Shown: positions 6,927 to 16,642 of the stretch, in pieces
How the letters are laid out: every line of letters begins with the position of its first letter
Numbering within the stretch: the stretch's first letter is position 1
Source of the DNA: Paracoccaceae bacterium
GTDB taxonomy: Bacteria; Pseudomonadota; Alphaproteobacteria; Rhodobacterales; Rhodobacteraceae
NCBI GenBank assembly: GCA_031369165.1
Contig: JANMOK010000144.1
Coordinates: forward strand, 1 to 40,098
Direction: 5' to 3'
Length of the DNA: 40,098 nucleotides
The notes under the pieces: generated by a model
What the model was told of the DNA's origin: nothing
Databases searched by the model: none
The model's input: the letters and a program-made list of their open reading frames with translations, nothing else
Translations under genes and position numbers: made by a program

Positions 6927-8960
6927 TTACGCGGAGATTTTTACTTCGTAGTTGAACTTCGCCGAATGCGAGATGGCGAATTTGCCGTCTTCGACGCGCA
7001 GGATCGAGCCGTTGCGCAGCAGTTTGCCGAATGATTTGATCCGCGCTTCCTGCGTGTAGGAGCGTTCGTTTGACAGTTCGTCGACCATGTTCAAAATCGA
7101 GGCACGGCTGAAGCGCGGCTGGCCGGAAACGATGGTGACATAGGCGGCGGAAGCTTCGAGCAATTCCGGCAGCGAGGCTGCCCCGACTTTGCGGGCAAAA
7201 TTATCCAGCGTGATGCCGGTATCATCGGCATCAATGGCTTCGTCGAAGTCTTCGGACCTGGCGCTGGGACGGGCCTCGCCTGGGAAAGCCGGTTCAGCTG
7301 GGGCGCGGCGAGTTTCGGCGCTGTAGTCAAAATCGACGACTTCGGGGCGGGTGCGGACGATGTGACGGCGGGCAGCGGCGTCTTGGTTCTGGTCGCTTTG
7401 GTCGTCGGAGGTCTCGACCTCCTCCAGCACCGCTTCGTCGCCGCTGACGACCATCAAGGCCGGGCCTAGCACCAGCAGGGACATAGCGACAGGGACGCTG
7501 ACTTGGCCGCGCTGCAGGGCGGCGGCCACCGCGGCGGTTTCGTCGTCGATATCTTGTGCGGCCAGCGAGTCCTCGACCTGTTGCGCTCTGCCGCCGTTCC
7601 AGTCGAATTCGGCAGGATCGTCGGTTGCGGCAACTTCGGTTTCTTCGGCGTGCGCGATATCGGTTTCGACCGGCAATTCAGGCTGGCTTGTGGTCGCATC
7701 GGCGAGCATTTCGGGGGAAACGCCGGGTGCTGAGGCGGCTTCCACGACGTGTTCAACGACTGAAACAAACGGGGCTTCGACGTCAAGGGTCAGCCCGGCC
7801 ACGGCGAAATCCTCGGCATGTGCCGGAATATCGGTTGCGGCGACGCGGGCGTCTTCGCCGCGCATGGAATCTTCTTTGACAAGCGGCTCGGTCTGGCTTG
7901 TCATCAAATCGGCGAGCATTTCGGGGGCAACGTCGAGCGTGGACCCGGTTTCGGTTGCGGTCTCCGCGATGTGTTCGGCGACAGAAGCAGACGGTTCTTC
8001 GAGGTCGAGGGTCGCTTCGTCGGGCACGGCGTGCAGGGTGGCGTCTGCAGCGACGGTTTCAGGCATTTCGACGGCAGTGTCTTGCGACGTTTCGGCGGCT
8101 TCGGTCATGGCGAGGGTGCCGTTGGAATCTGTCAATTCAGCGTCGTCGCTGGAGTCTGGCACACCCGATTCTGGCGCGGGATGCGTTTCCACGTCACTTT
8201 GGTGATCTTGCGGTGTTTCTGGTTCAGAAACGGGCAGCGTGCCGATGCCAATCATCTCGACCTTTTCGAGTTCGGGTTCGACCAATTCGGTGACCAGATC
8301 GCTGTCGGGCAGGGCTTCCAAGGGTGCGGCATCGTCAAACAGGTGCGAATCCATCTGTTCGTGCAGGGCTTCCTTGATTTGCGACATCGGGTTGGCCGGC
8401 GCGAGGGTCTGCTCGGTGCCCGAACGCAGGCGCGCGGCGTTCAGAAGGCGTTCCAGAGCACGCTCTTCGCGGTCATAGACACTGGAGGGATCGTTGGACG
8501 GCGGCTGGCTGGCGACCTGCGGCTGGTCCTGAAATGCCCGTTGCATTTCGCTGGGAAAATCGTTGCTCTCGATGGAGGTGAACATTTCGTCGGCATAATC
8601 GGCAGCCATCACGGCGGCACCTTCTGCGGGTTCGCGGCGCGGAACGAGCGACAGGTTTGCGCCGCGTGACGTTCCAACCGCATCGGCAGTTTCGGGCATG
8701 GTTTCAAAGGTCTGGCGCAGAATCACGCCGTTTTCCTGCGTCTCAATCTCGACGTTCTGATTGGTGCCGCGCTGCGCCAGATTGCGCAGGTAATCGGCAT
8801 CGGGGCGCTCGGGGTGCGCGCCAAAGCTCGGATCGCGTTCGGCCAGGCTCTGGAAGTAATCCACAACCATTTTCATCACCGGAAACGGGTCGTCGAACCC
8901 TTCCAGGGTGCAGGAAAACGCGCCATACGAGACGGTCAGTTTCTTGACAGCTTCAGACAT
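6927..8960 (-). CDS. Hypothetical very acidic protein (677 aa) with structured N- and C-terminal domains and a repeat-containing acidic linker
   Basis: ATG 8960 is preceded by AAGGAG at 6-nt spacing. The ends are non-repetitive (N-terminal KKLTVSYGAFSCTLEGFDDPFPVMKMVVDYFQSL; C-terminal ...SILNMVDELSNERSYTQEARIKSFGKLLRNGSILRVEDGKFAISH). The centre is D/E/A/T/P-rich. I recognise no family. Confidence 0.8.
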   Translation of the reverse strand: MSEAVKKLTVSYGAFSCTLEGFDDPFPVMKMVVDYFQSLAERDPSFGAHPERPDADYLRNLAQRGTNQNVEIETQENGVILRQTFETMPETADAVGTSRGANLSLVPRREPAEGAAVMAADYADEMFTSIESNDFPSEMQRAFQDQPQVASQPPSNDPSSVYDREERALERLLNAARLRSGTEQTLAPANPMSQIKEALHEQMDSHLFDDAAPLEALPDSDLVTELVEPELEKVEMIGIGTLPVSEPETPQDHQSDVETHPAPESGVPDSSDDAELTDSNGTLAMTEAAETSQDTAVEMPETVAADATLHAVPDEATLDLEEPSASVAEHIAETATETGSTLDVAPEMLADLMTSQTEPLVKEDSMRGEDARVAATDIPAHAEDFAVAGLTLDVEAPFVSVVEHVVEAASAPGVSPEMLADATTSQPELPVETDIAHAEETEVAATDDPAEFDWNGGRAQQVEDSLAAQDIDDETAAVAAALQRGQVSVPVAMSLLVLGPALMVVSGDEAVLEEVETSDDQSDQNQDAAARRHIVRTRPEVVDFDYSAETRRAPAEPAFPGEARPSARSEDFDEAIDADDTGITLDNFARKVGAASLPELLEASAAYVTIVSGQPRFSRASILNMVDELSNERSYTQEARIKSFGKLLRNGSILRVEDGKFAISHSAKFNYEVKISA
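7618..8030 (-). repeat. Internal tandem duplication (two units of about 210-222 bp, about 70 aa) inside the acidic protein gene
   Basis: An identical 20-mer ATCGGCGAGCATTTCGGGGG occurs at 7698-7717 and 7908-7927. TCGGTTGCGGC occurs at 7621 and 7831, and CTGGCTTGT at 7683 and 7893, all offset by 210 nt. Later anchors (GTGTTC, CTTCGA) are offset by 222 nt, implying a 12-nt indel. At protein level, ...SVAEHIAETATETGSTLDVAPEMLADLMTSQTEPLV... aligns with ...SVVEHVVEAASAPGVSPEMLADATTSQPELPV... Confidence 0.7.
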
Positions 8961-9067
8961 TTCAGCTCCTTCACCGGGGAAATTGATCCCGGACATTGTT
9001 ACGCACGTCTGATCCGACTCCGGTTTGCCGCCTTGACCTGAGGCGCGCGAGGCGCAATCAGAGGTCA

Positions 9068-9733
9068 ATGGACAAGATACTCTACAAGTTTTCGTCGATC
9101 GTTACACTGGTTGGGGCCGGACCCGTTTCGCCTTCTTCACTTCAACGCGCCCTCGGCCACGGGCCGGTTGCGATAGCAGCGGATGGCGGGGCCGATGCCC
9201 TTGCCAAACTGGGCCACCCGATCCACGCGATCATGGGTGACTTGGATTCAATAGATATTACCGAAAATTGGCTGAATTCGGGCGTCAGAATCCACCAGAT
9301 CGACGAACAGGATACGACGGATTTCGAGAAATGTCTGTATTCGGTTGCAGCGCCGCTGTTTTTGGCGGTGGGGTTTCTGAGCGGTGCCACCGACCATTCG
9401 CTAGCCGCGTTCAGCGCGCTTTTGGCCTATGAAAACAAGCAGATTATCTTGATTGGCGAAGAGGATGCGACGTTTTTATGCCCCGACAAGCTGGAACTGG
9501 AACTGCCGGTCGGAACGCGGGTTTCGCTGTTTCCGCTGGTTGCGGTGGTTGGGCTGGTGTCGCGTGGCCTGCGCTGGAATGTGGCGGGATTGCGGATGCA
9601 GCCGGGCGGCAGGATTGGCACATCGAACGTCAGCGATGATTCCTTTGTGCGCATCGGCTTTGACCGGCGCGGTGTATTGGTGACGCTGCCTATTGCGGCG
9701 TTGCCGGCAGCGATCGCAGCTTTGTATCGGTGA
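9068..9733 (+). CDS. Thiamine pyrophosphokinase (thiamine diphosphokinase)
   Basis: AIAADGGA...GDLDS...DQDTTDFEK blocks are typical of TPK, with a C-terminal thiamine-binding-like region. Start chosen at ATG 9068 (MDKILYKF). Confidence 0.8.
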   Translation: MDKILYKFSSIVTLVGAGPVSPSSLQRALGHGPVAIAADGGADALAKLGHPIHAIMGDLDSIDITENWLNSGVRIHQIDEQDTTDFEKCLYSVAAPLFLAVGFLSGATDHSLAAFSALLAYENKQIILIGEEDATFLCPDKLELELPVGTRVSLFPLVAVVGLVSRGLRWNVAGLRMQPGGRIGTSNVSDDSFVRIGFDRRGVLVTLPIAALPAAIAALYR

Positions 9734-10607
9734 TCTGCTCGCGCCAGAACACAAACAGGCCCGAGGCGATGATGATGGCGACACCGATCAGGGTAAGCCC
9801 GTCGGGGAAATCGGCGAACACCAGCCAGCCAAGCAAGGTGGCGGTGACGATTTCGAGATAGCCTAGCGGGGCCAGCACGGCGGCGGGGGCCCAGGTGAAA
9901 GCGTAAGAGATGAACACATGCGCGATGGTGGCGGCGAGACCGACGCCGCCGAGGTACAGCGCAAAGCGCAGATCGGGCAGGACCGGGTCGAGCAACGGAT
10001 GGCCGCTGCCGTTCATCAACCATAGAACCGGCAGGGAATACAGCGTCGCCGCCAGCCCGGAATAAGCCTGCAAGGTCACAGGATGGCCGCGACCGGCCAT
10101 GTGGCGGGTCAGGATGACATAGAAGGCAAAGCAGAAGGCGGTGCCCATCGGCATGGCGGCAATCCAGCCGAAATCGGTGAAGCTGGGCTTGATCACCAGC
10201 ATGGCACCGAGAAAGCCGGTCAAGCAGGCAAGGATGCGCCGCCAGCCGATGGTTTCGCCCAGGATCAGGCTGCTGAGCAGGGTCAGGATGAAGGGCTCGA
10301 CGAAGAAGATTGCGATGGCGTCGGCTATCGGCATGTATTTGACCGCGCCGAAAAAGAGCAGCGTGGCGGTCAGGACCAAGGCACCACGCAAAAGGTGCAG
10401 GGCGGTTTCGGTTCGGTCGGGGCGATGCAAGTGGCCGAGCAGCGCGGCAAGGGGCAGAAGCAGGGCGGACTGGACGAGGAAACGGGCGGCTGAAACCTGT
10501 GCGACCGGAATTTCGGTGGCGGCGAGTTTGGCGAAAACGTCGATGACCGGACCGAAAGCGGCAAAGCCGAGCATCATCAGGATACCGTTGAGGGCAGTTG
10601 GTTTCAT
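9690..10607 (-). CDS. DMT-superfamily (EamA-like) transporter
   Basis: From ATG 10607 (MKPTALNGILMMLGFAAFGPVIDVFAKL) the 305-aa protein is about 10 hydrophobic helices arranged as two EamA-like halves. The 95-codon Arg/Pro-rich extension to 10892 in the ORF track is rejected. Confidence 0.85.
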   Translation of the reverse strand: MKPTALNGILMMLGFAAFGPVIDVFAKLAATEIPVAQVSAARFLVQSALLLPLAALLGHLHRPDRTETALHLLRGALVLTATLLFFGAVKYMPIADAIAIFFVEPFILTLLSSLILGETIGWRRILACLTGFLGAMLVIKPSFTDFGWIAAMPMGTAFCFAFYVILTRHMAGRGHPVTLQAYSGLAATLYSLPVLWLMNGSGHPLLDPVLPDLRFALYLGGVGLAATIAHVFISYAFTWAPAAVLAPLGYLEIVTATLLGWLVFADFPDGLTLIGVAIIIASGLFVFWREQITDTKLRSLPATPQ

Positions 10608-11013
10608 GGGGATGGGGTTAGCAGGTGGGGGCAGCGGGTGCCAGAGCGAGGGTCGCAGGCGGGATTGCGGAGGCGTGCGTATATGCGCCAAGAAGAAGGG
10701 GGTCTGGACTTGGGGCGAGGCCTTGTCCGGCGCTGCGGCGTGCCTTGCCCGCGCGGGTGGAGAAGCGGCGGTTGCATCGGGTTGTGACGCCGTTTCCGGG
10801 TTGCCTGCACCACGTTCGCGAGGCTGGTTTCGCAGCGCAGTTTTAGCGTGGCGCGGACAAAAATTGCCTTGGCCGGAACGTCCTTCGCCCAAGGCGCGAA
10901 AAGTAGACTATTCCAGCGAAACCATGTATGTCGTTGTTTATATTTCGAAACCGCCTCGTCGGTAACCATGAGATTAAAATTTGTATGGGGCCATCTAACT
11001 TTGGAGCAAAAAA

Positions 11014-11535
11014 ATGACGGTAATCATTGTTGCGTTGGCGGCCGTTGCGCTGGCCGGTTTCTTTTTCGGCGGTCGGTTGACCGGTTCAAACTCAAGTCCG
11101 ACAACAATCACGGTCGGTGATGTCAAAAGTTCAGACAATTGCGCCGAACTTTGCGCGCAGTGGGATGCCATGCGCAGCACGAGATGTCTTGCGGAGGCCG
11201 CGGCTGCGGCTGCGCAACGGAAAGTTGACAATCTGAGAGCGCAGTTGGCAGTTGCCATCGTTGCCGCGACCGCACTGGGTATTGCCGCATATGTCGCCTC
11301 GTTCATTCCGATCTATGGCTGGATCGTGGCGGCGGTGCTTGGCACCGCAGCGGCGATTGCCTTTCTGGCTGCCGATTTCATCGCTGGTCAATTGACAGTG
11401 GCCGACAACGACCTTGGTGCAGCCGAAGCTACCGCAGCCGATGCGCGGGCAAAAGAGGCCGCAGCGCGGGCATTGTTGACCAGCAAATGCCCAGCTGAAG
11501 CGGGTGCATGTTTGGCGCGACCATCGCCTTGTTAG
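11014..11535 (+). CDS. Hypothetical membrane protein, Ala-rich with six Cys (orphan)
   Basis: GGAG lies 9 nt upstream of ATG 11014. N-terminal TM helix (VIIVALAAVALAGFFFGG), then an Ala-rich helical segment, two further hydrophobic helices and a Cys-containing tail (SKCPAEAGACLARPSPC). No family recognised, and an A/T-rich upstream region. Confidence 0.5.
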   Translation: MTVIIVALAAVALAGFFFGGRLTGSNSSPTTITVGDVKSSDNCAELCAQWDAMRSTRCLAEAAAAAAQRKVDNLRAQLAVAIVAATALGIAAYVASFIPIYGWIVAAVLGTAAAIAFLAADFIAGQLTVADNDLGAAEATAADARAKEAAARALLTSKCPAEAGACLARPSPC

Positions 11536-11642
11536 GGTTGGCTGAATGAAAACGTCAGGTCGAATGCTGTCGCGTTCCATCACTGTTGCGACCGCTCGCC
11601 CGGTGCATTCGCGCCACGTCCTGCACGCGGGTGAGTAGGCGC

Positions 11643-13031
11643 TCAACAATTCGGCACGTTGACGGCCAGCCCGCCCAGCGAGGTTTCCTTGTAGCGGTGG
11701 TCCATGTCGCGGCCGGTTTGGCGCATGGTTTCGATGCAGGCGTCGAGGCTGACGAGGTGTTGGCCGTCGCCGCGCAGGGCCAGTGAGGCGGCGGAGACGG
11801 CTTTGATGGCGCCAAGGCCGTTGCGTTCGATGCAGGGGGCTTGCACGAGGCCGGCGATGGGGTCGCAGGTCATGCCGAGGTGGTGTTCAAGGGCGATTTC
11901 GGCGGCGTTTTCGACTTGCTCGGGGGTGCCACCGAGGATGGCGCAGAGGCCGGCGGCGGCCATGGCGGCGGCGGAGCCGACTTCGCCTTGGCAGCCGACT
12001 TCGGCACCGGAAATTGAGGCGTTGGTTTTCAGCAGGCCGCCGATGGCGGAGGCGGTTAGCAGAAAGTCGGCGATTTGGTGGCGCGATGCGCCGGGCACGT
12101 GGTCGAGGTAGTAGCGGATGGTGGCGGGCACCACTCCTGCGGCACCGTTGGTGGGGGCGGTGACGACGCGGCCACCGGCGGCGTTTTCCTCGTTGACCGC
12201 CATCGCATAGGTCGAGATCCAGTCGTTGATGATATGGGGGGCCTGCTGGTTGAGGCTGCGTTCCTTTTGCAGGCTGGCGTGAATGGCCATGGCGCGGCGG
12301 CGCACTTTCAGGCCGCCGGGCAGGATGCCGTCAAGTGCCAAGCCGGTGTCGATGCAGGATTCCATCACGGCCCAGACATCGGCCATGCCTTGGTCGAGGT
12401 TGGGGGTGCCGTGGGCGGACTCGTTGGCGCGTTTCATTTCGGCGATGGAGAGGGTTGAGGCATCGGCCATTGCCAGCATTTCGGCGGCGTTGCGGAAGGG
12501 GTAGGGCACGTTTTGCGGGGTCTTGTCTTTTGATTGCGTGCTGAGTTCGCGTTCGGTCACCACGAAACCGCCGCCGACGGAATAGTAGGTTTCCGACATG
12601 GCCAGCTGGTTGCGATCATCAAATGCCCGCAGCACCATGCCGTTGGCGTGGCCGGGCAGGGCTTGTTTGCGGTCAAAGATCAGGTCGGAATCTGGGTTGA
12701 AAGTGAGGGTGCCGAGGGCTTTGGCGTGGATTTGGTGGGTTTCACGGATCATGGCGAGGGCGAGGTCGGCTTTGGCGGCGTCGTAGGTGGCGGGGGCAAA
12801 TCCGGCGAGGCCAAGGGTGATGGCGCGATCGGTGGCGTGGCCTTTGCCGGTGAAGGCGAGCGAGCCGTGCAGCGTGCAGGTGAGATGCGTGGGTTTGCCC
12901 GAACCGGGAACCGTGTCACGGCCGTCGCGCAATTTGTCGAGGAATCGGCCCGCTGCAATCATCGGGCCCATGGTGTGAGATGAGGATGGACCGATGCCGA
13001 TCTTGAAAATGTCGAATATGGAAAGGAACAT
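11643..13031 (-). CDS. sdaA: L-serine ammonia-lyase (iron-sulfur L-serine dehydratase, single-chain)
   Basis: [24 protein letters not shown]... is the canonical SdaA N-terminus, and C-terminal alpha-domain blocks are present ([21 protein letters not shown]). Start at ATG 13031. Confidence 0.95.
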   Translation of the reverse strand: MFLSIFDIFKIGIGPSSSHTMGPMIAAGRFLDKLRDGRDTVPGSGKPTHLTCTLHGSLAFTGKGHATDRAITLGLAGFAPATYDAAKADLALAMIRETHQIHAKALGTLTFNPDSDLIFDRKQALPGHANGMVLRAFDDRNQLAMSETYYSVGGGFVVTERELSTQSKDKTPQNVPYPFRNAAEMLAMADASTLSIAEMKRANESAHGTPNLDQGMADVWAVMESCIDTGLALDGILPGGLKVRRRAMAIHASLQKERSLNQQAPHIINDWISTYAMAVNEENAAGGRVVTAPTNGAAGVVPATIRYYLDHVPGASRHQIADFLLTASAIGGLLKTNASISGAEVGCQGEVGSAAAMAAAGLCAILGGTPEQVENAAEIALEHHLGMTCDPIAGLVQAPCIERNGLGAIKAVSAASLALRGDGQHLVSLDACIETMRQTGRDMDHRYKETSLGGLAVNVPNC

Positions 13032-13192
13032 GGGACGCCCGATGATTTGGTGCCCTGTTTGCGGCATTCAGGGCCAAAAATCCTGACAAAACCGACGCGA
13101 TACGCGGGGTTTTGCGGCAAGGGGTTGCAATCTTGCGCGCTATCGGTGCGGATTGAGAAATTATTCGCCGGAGGATTCCGGTTTTTGCGAGG

Positions 13193-13978
13193 GTGCTTAT
13201 GCCAACATCAAACGAATTAACGCCCTTTGAAGTGGCGAAGAAGGCCGCCGCGGCGCGGGCGTTGGAAATTATCGAACCCGGCATGCGTTTGGGTTTGGGC
13301 ACCGGATCAACCGCGGCCTGGTTTGTGCGGCTGTTGGGCGAGCAGGTGGCGAAAGAGGGGTTCAAGGTTTCGTGCGTGCCGACCTCGCAGCGGACGGCGG
13401 AACAGGCGGAAAAGCTGGGGATTCCGCTGGTGACTTTGGGCGATGTCGGCTGGCTGGATATTACGGTGGACGGGGCGGACGAGTTTGATCCGCGTTTGAA
13501 CCTGATTAAAGGTGGTGGCGGGGCATTGTTGCGCGAAAAGATCGTCGCCAATGCGTCGGACCGGATGATCGTGATCAGTGATGACAGCAAGCAGGTCAAG
13601 GCCTTGGGGGCATTTCCGTTACCGGTTGAGATTATTCAGTTCGGCTGGCAGGCGACCAAAAGCATTGTCGAGGAAATGCTGGAAGGTGCCGACGTTTTGG
13701 GGCGGCATGTGGCGTTGCGGATGAATCGCGACGAGCCATTCGTCACCGATGGCGGCAATTACATTCTGGACTTGCATTTGAAGCGGATCAATAACCCGCC
13801 ATCCTTGAGCCTGTTGATCAATCAGGTTCCCGGTGTGGTGGAAAACGGCTTGTTCATCGACACCGCGGATATTGTGATTGTCGGCAAGCCGACGGGTGAG
13901 ACGCTGGTGCTGGATCTGGAGGATGACGCGGCGCTTGCCGAGATTGAAACCGGGCTGTTTGACCCGGACGAGGAATGA
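13193..13978 (+). CDS. rpiA: Ribose-5-phosphate isomerase A
   Basis: GLGTGSTAAWFV, DGADEFD and IKGGGGALLREKIV motifs. Its stop overlaps the next start (ATGA). Confidence 0.95.
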   Translation: MLMPTSNELTPFEVAKKAAAARALEIIEPGMRLGLGTGSTAAWFVRLLGEQVAKEGFKVSCVPTSQRTAEQAEKLGIPLVTLGDVGWLDITVDGADEFDPRLNLIKGGGGALLREKIVANASDRMIVISDDSKQVKALGAFPLPVEIIQFGWQATKSIVEEMLEGADVLGRHVALRMNRDEPFVTDGGNYILDLHLKRINNPPSLSLLINQVPGVVENGLFIDTADIVIVGKPTGETLVLDLEDDAALAEIETGLFDPDEE

Positions 13979-15351
13979 AAGTGGCGTTTGATTTCGATTT
14001 GTTCGTGATTGGCGGCGGCTCGGGCGGGGTTCGGGCGGCGCGTTTGGCAGCGCAGGGGGGGGCAAGGGTCGGCATTGCCGAGGAATACCGCTTTGGCGGC
14101 ACCTGCGTGGTGCGCGGCTGCGTGCCGAAAAAGCTGATGGTCTATGCCTCGGGGTTTCGCGACATGTTCGAGGAAGCCGAGGCGTTTGGCTGGAGCGTCG
14201 GGCCGCGCAGTTTCGACTGGAAGCGGTTCATCGCCACCAAGGACATCGAGATTATCCGGCTGGAAACCGTCTACCGGCAAGCGGTCGACAAGGCCGGCGC
14301 CAAGGTGTTTCCGGTTCGGGCCACAGTCAGTGGCCCGCATGAGGTGCGGCTGGCGGGCGGGGACACCTTCCGCACCAAGCATATCCTGGTCGCCACCGGC
14401 GGGCATCCTCTGCGGCCGGAGTTCCCGGGGGCGGACCTGGCGGTGACCTCGAACGAGATGTTCCAGTTGCCGGATTTGCCGACGCGCGCGCTGGTGCTGG
14501 GCAGCGGGTTCATCGCCTGCGAATTCGCCTGCATCCTGCACGGCATGGGATCACTGGTGACCCAGGTCGCGCGGGCCGCGCAGGTTCTGCGCGGCTTTGA
14601 CGGCGATGTGCGCGAACATCTGGGGGCGGCGCTGATCTCGCGCGGCATCGATTTGCGGACTGGCGGCAATGTAGCGGCGATTGCCCGCAAGGATGGCGCG
14701 CTGGAGGCGACATTGGCCGATGGGTCGCGGGTCATGGCGGATTGCGTGCTGGTGGCGACCGGACGGGCACCGAATACAGCCGGGCTGGGTCTGGCGGAAG
14801 CGGGCGTGAAGCTGGGCGCGCGCGGCGAGGTTGCGGTCGATCAATGGTCGCAGAGCAACGTGCCGTCGATCTTTGCTGTCGGCGACGTGACTGACCGGAT
14901 CGCGCTGACTCCGGTGGCGATTCGTGAGGCGTCGGCTTTTGTCGAGACAGTGTTTCGCGGCAATCCGGTGCCGATGGATCATGCCGACGTCGCCAGCGCC
15001 GTGTTCACCCGGCCCGAAATCGGGACTGTCGGGTTGAGCGAGGAAACCGCGCGGGCGCGCGGCGAGGTGGTGATCTACAAGACCGCCTTCCGGCCGATGG
15101 TGACGCAGTTTGCCGGCAAGCGTGACAAGATGCTGATGAAACTGGTGGTCGATGCCGCTTCGCGACGGGTGCTCGGCTGCCATATCGTTGGCCCGAATGC
15201 GGCCGAGATGATCCAGATGGCGGCGATTGCGGTGAAGATGCGGGCGACCAAGGAAGATTTCGACCGCACCGTCGCCGTGCACCCGACAGCTGCGGAAGAG
15301 CTGGTGACGATGCGCGAGTCGAGTGACAGAGGTGCGGGGACGCCGACATGA
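13975..15351 (+). CDS. gor: Glutathione-disulfide reductase
   Basis: FDLFVIGGGSGGVRAA FAD-binding fold, redox-active GGTCVVRGCVPKK, and the C-terminal HPTAAEELVTM dimerisation/His-Glu motif. Confidence 0.93.
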   Translation: MKVAFDFDLFVIGGGSGGVRAARLAAQGGARVGIAEEYRFGGTCVVRGCVPKKLMVYASGFRDMFEEAEAFGWSVGPRSFDWKRFIATKDIEIIRLETVYRQAVDKAGAKVFPVRATVSGPHEVRLAGGDTFRTKHILVATGGHPLRPEFPGADLAVTSNEMFQLPDLPTRALVLGSGFIACEFACILHGMGSLVTQVARAAQVLRGFDGDVREHLGAALISRGIDLRTGGNVAAIARKDGALEATLADGSRVMADCVLVATGRAPNTAGLGLAEAGVKLGARGEVAVDQWSQSNVPSIFAVGDVTDRIALTPVAIREASAFVETVFRGNPVPMDHADVASAVFTRPEIGTVGLSEETARARGEVVIYKTAFRPMVTQFAGKRDKMLMKLVVDAASRRVLGCHIVGPNAAEMIQMAAIAVKMRATKEDFDRTVAVHPTAAEELVTMRESSDRGAGTPT

Positions 15352-15481
15352 TTGGTGAAATCACCCATCCTGGAGCAACGACACGGTTACGAATGCGTTT
15401 AACACCTTGAATTTTTGCGGTGAATGCGCAGGTTCATGGGCAACAGCGCCAAATATGGCGACTTGGGAGGAATACAGGCAA

Positions 15482-16642
15482 ATGGCCAATAACAACGGCG
15501 GTGGTCCCTGGGGTGGCGGTGGCGACAACGAGGACGACAAGCCCAAGGGCAAGAACAACCCTTGGGGCGGCAATCAGGGCAATAATCAGGGCAACAACCG
15601 GCCGGGGCAAAGCGGGCCGGTGCCTGATCTGGACAAGATCGTGCGCAAGGGCCAGGAGCAGTTGCGCGTGCTGATGGGCGGTCGCACCCGCGTGGGTGGC
15701 GGCGGGCCGGTTGATGGCGGTTCAGGCGGCGGCGGGTTTGGCCGTGGCGCGATAGGGTTGGTTGCTGTGGCGGCAGTGGGATTGTGGGCTTTCGCCTCGT
15801 TTTATCAGGTGCAGCAGAACGAACGGTCGATCGAGCTGTTTTTTGGCGAGTTCTCGTCGATTGGTGATCCGGGGCTGAACTTTGCCCCTTGGCCAGTGAT
15901 TACCAAGGAAATCATCTTGGTCACCAACGAGAATATCGAAGATGTCGGCACCACCGATGGTTCGGGGCTGATGCTGACGCGCGACGAGAATATCGTCGAT
16001 ATCGGGTTTCAGGTGGTGTGGAACATCAGCGACCCAAAACTGTATCTTTTTAATCTGGCCGAGCCGCAGGAAACCATTCGTGCCGTGTCGGAATCGGCGA
16101 TGCGCGAAGTGATTGCCCGCTCGGATTTCGCCCCGATCCTGAATAGGGACCGCGACCTGATCAAGCAGGAAGTCGAAGAACTGATTCAGACGACGCTGAA
16201 CAATTATCAGTCGGGCGTCGCGATTGTGCGGTTGAACCTTGAGGGGATCAACGCGCCCGAGGAAGTGATCGACAGTTTCCGCGACGTGCAGGCAGCCGAA
16301 CAGGAGCGTGATACGCTGGAAAAACAGGCCGATGCCTATGCCAACCGGGCATTGGCGGAAGCGCGCGGTCAGGCAGCGCAGTTGCTGCAGGAGGCCGAAG
16401 GCTATCGCGCGCAAGTCGTGAACCTTGCCGAGGGCGAGGCGGCGCGGTTCATTTCCGTCTATGACGAATATGCCAAGGCTTCGGCGGTGACACGCAAGCG
16501 GTTGTATCTGGAAACCATGGAGCGGGTTTTGGGTTCGGTGAACAAGATCATCATTGACGACAGCGTGACCGGATCGGGTCAGGGCATCGTGCCCTATTTG
16601 CCGCTGAATGAATTGCAGCGCAATACAGGAGCAGGCCAATGA
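15482..16642 (+). CDS. hflK: FtsH protease modulator HflK
   Basis: ATG 15482 lies 9 nt after GGGAGGA. Gly/Asn-rich N-terminus (MANNNGGGPWGGGG...), one TM helix and an SPFH/band-7 domain. ATGA overlap with hflC. Confidence 0.92.
   Translation: MANNNGGGPWGGGGDNEDDKPKGKNNPWGGNQGNNQGNNRPGQSGPVPDLDKIVRKGQEQLRVLMGGRTRVGGGGPVDGGSGGGGFGRGAIGLVAVAAVGLWAFASFYQVQQNERSIELFFGEFSSIGDPGLNFAPWPVITKEIILVTNENIEDVGTTDGSGLMLTRDENIVDIGFQVVWNISDPKLYLFNLAEPQETIRAVSESAMREVIARSDFAPILNRDRDLIKQEVEELIQTTLNNYQSGVAIVRLNLEGINAPEEVIDSFRDVQAAEQERDTLEKQADAYANRALAEARGQAAQLLQEAEGYRAQVVNLAEGEAARFISVYDEYAKASAVTRKRLYLETMERVLGSVNKIIIDDSVTGSGQGIVPYLPLNELQRNTGAGQ

Noticed and set aside
7466-8947. Plus-strand ORFs (7690-8205, 7818-8669, 7898-8293 and others) opposite the acidic protein gene
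   Set aside because: The minus-strand frame has a strong RBS and start and ordered terminal domains. The plus-strand frames are Arg/Gly/Ser-rich mirror images of an acidic coding strand.
8961-9067. Possible TPP riboswitch upstream of the thiamine pyrophosphokinase gene (contains CTGATCCG and CTGAGG)
   Set aside because: The order and spacing of the elements do not fit the THI-box: there is no CTGAGA stem preceding an ACCTGATCYGGNTNATGCC-like segment. The 107-nt region is also the promoter region of the divergent acidic-protein gene.
10604-10969. ORFs 10625-10846 (+) and 10604-10969 (-), plus the 95-codon N-terminal extension of the EamA ORF (to 10892)
   Set aside because: Arg/Pro/Ala-rich, with no RBS and no family resemblance. 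The transporter has a natural start at 10607 (MKPTALNG...) where the hydrophobic core begins.
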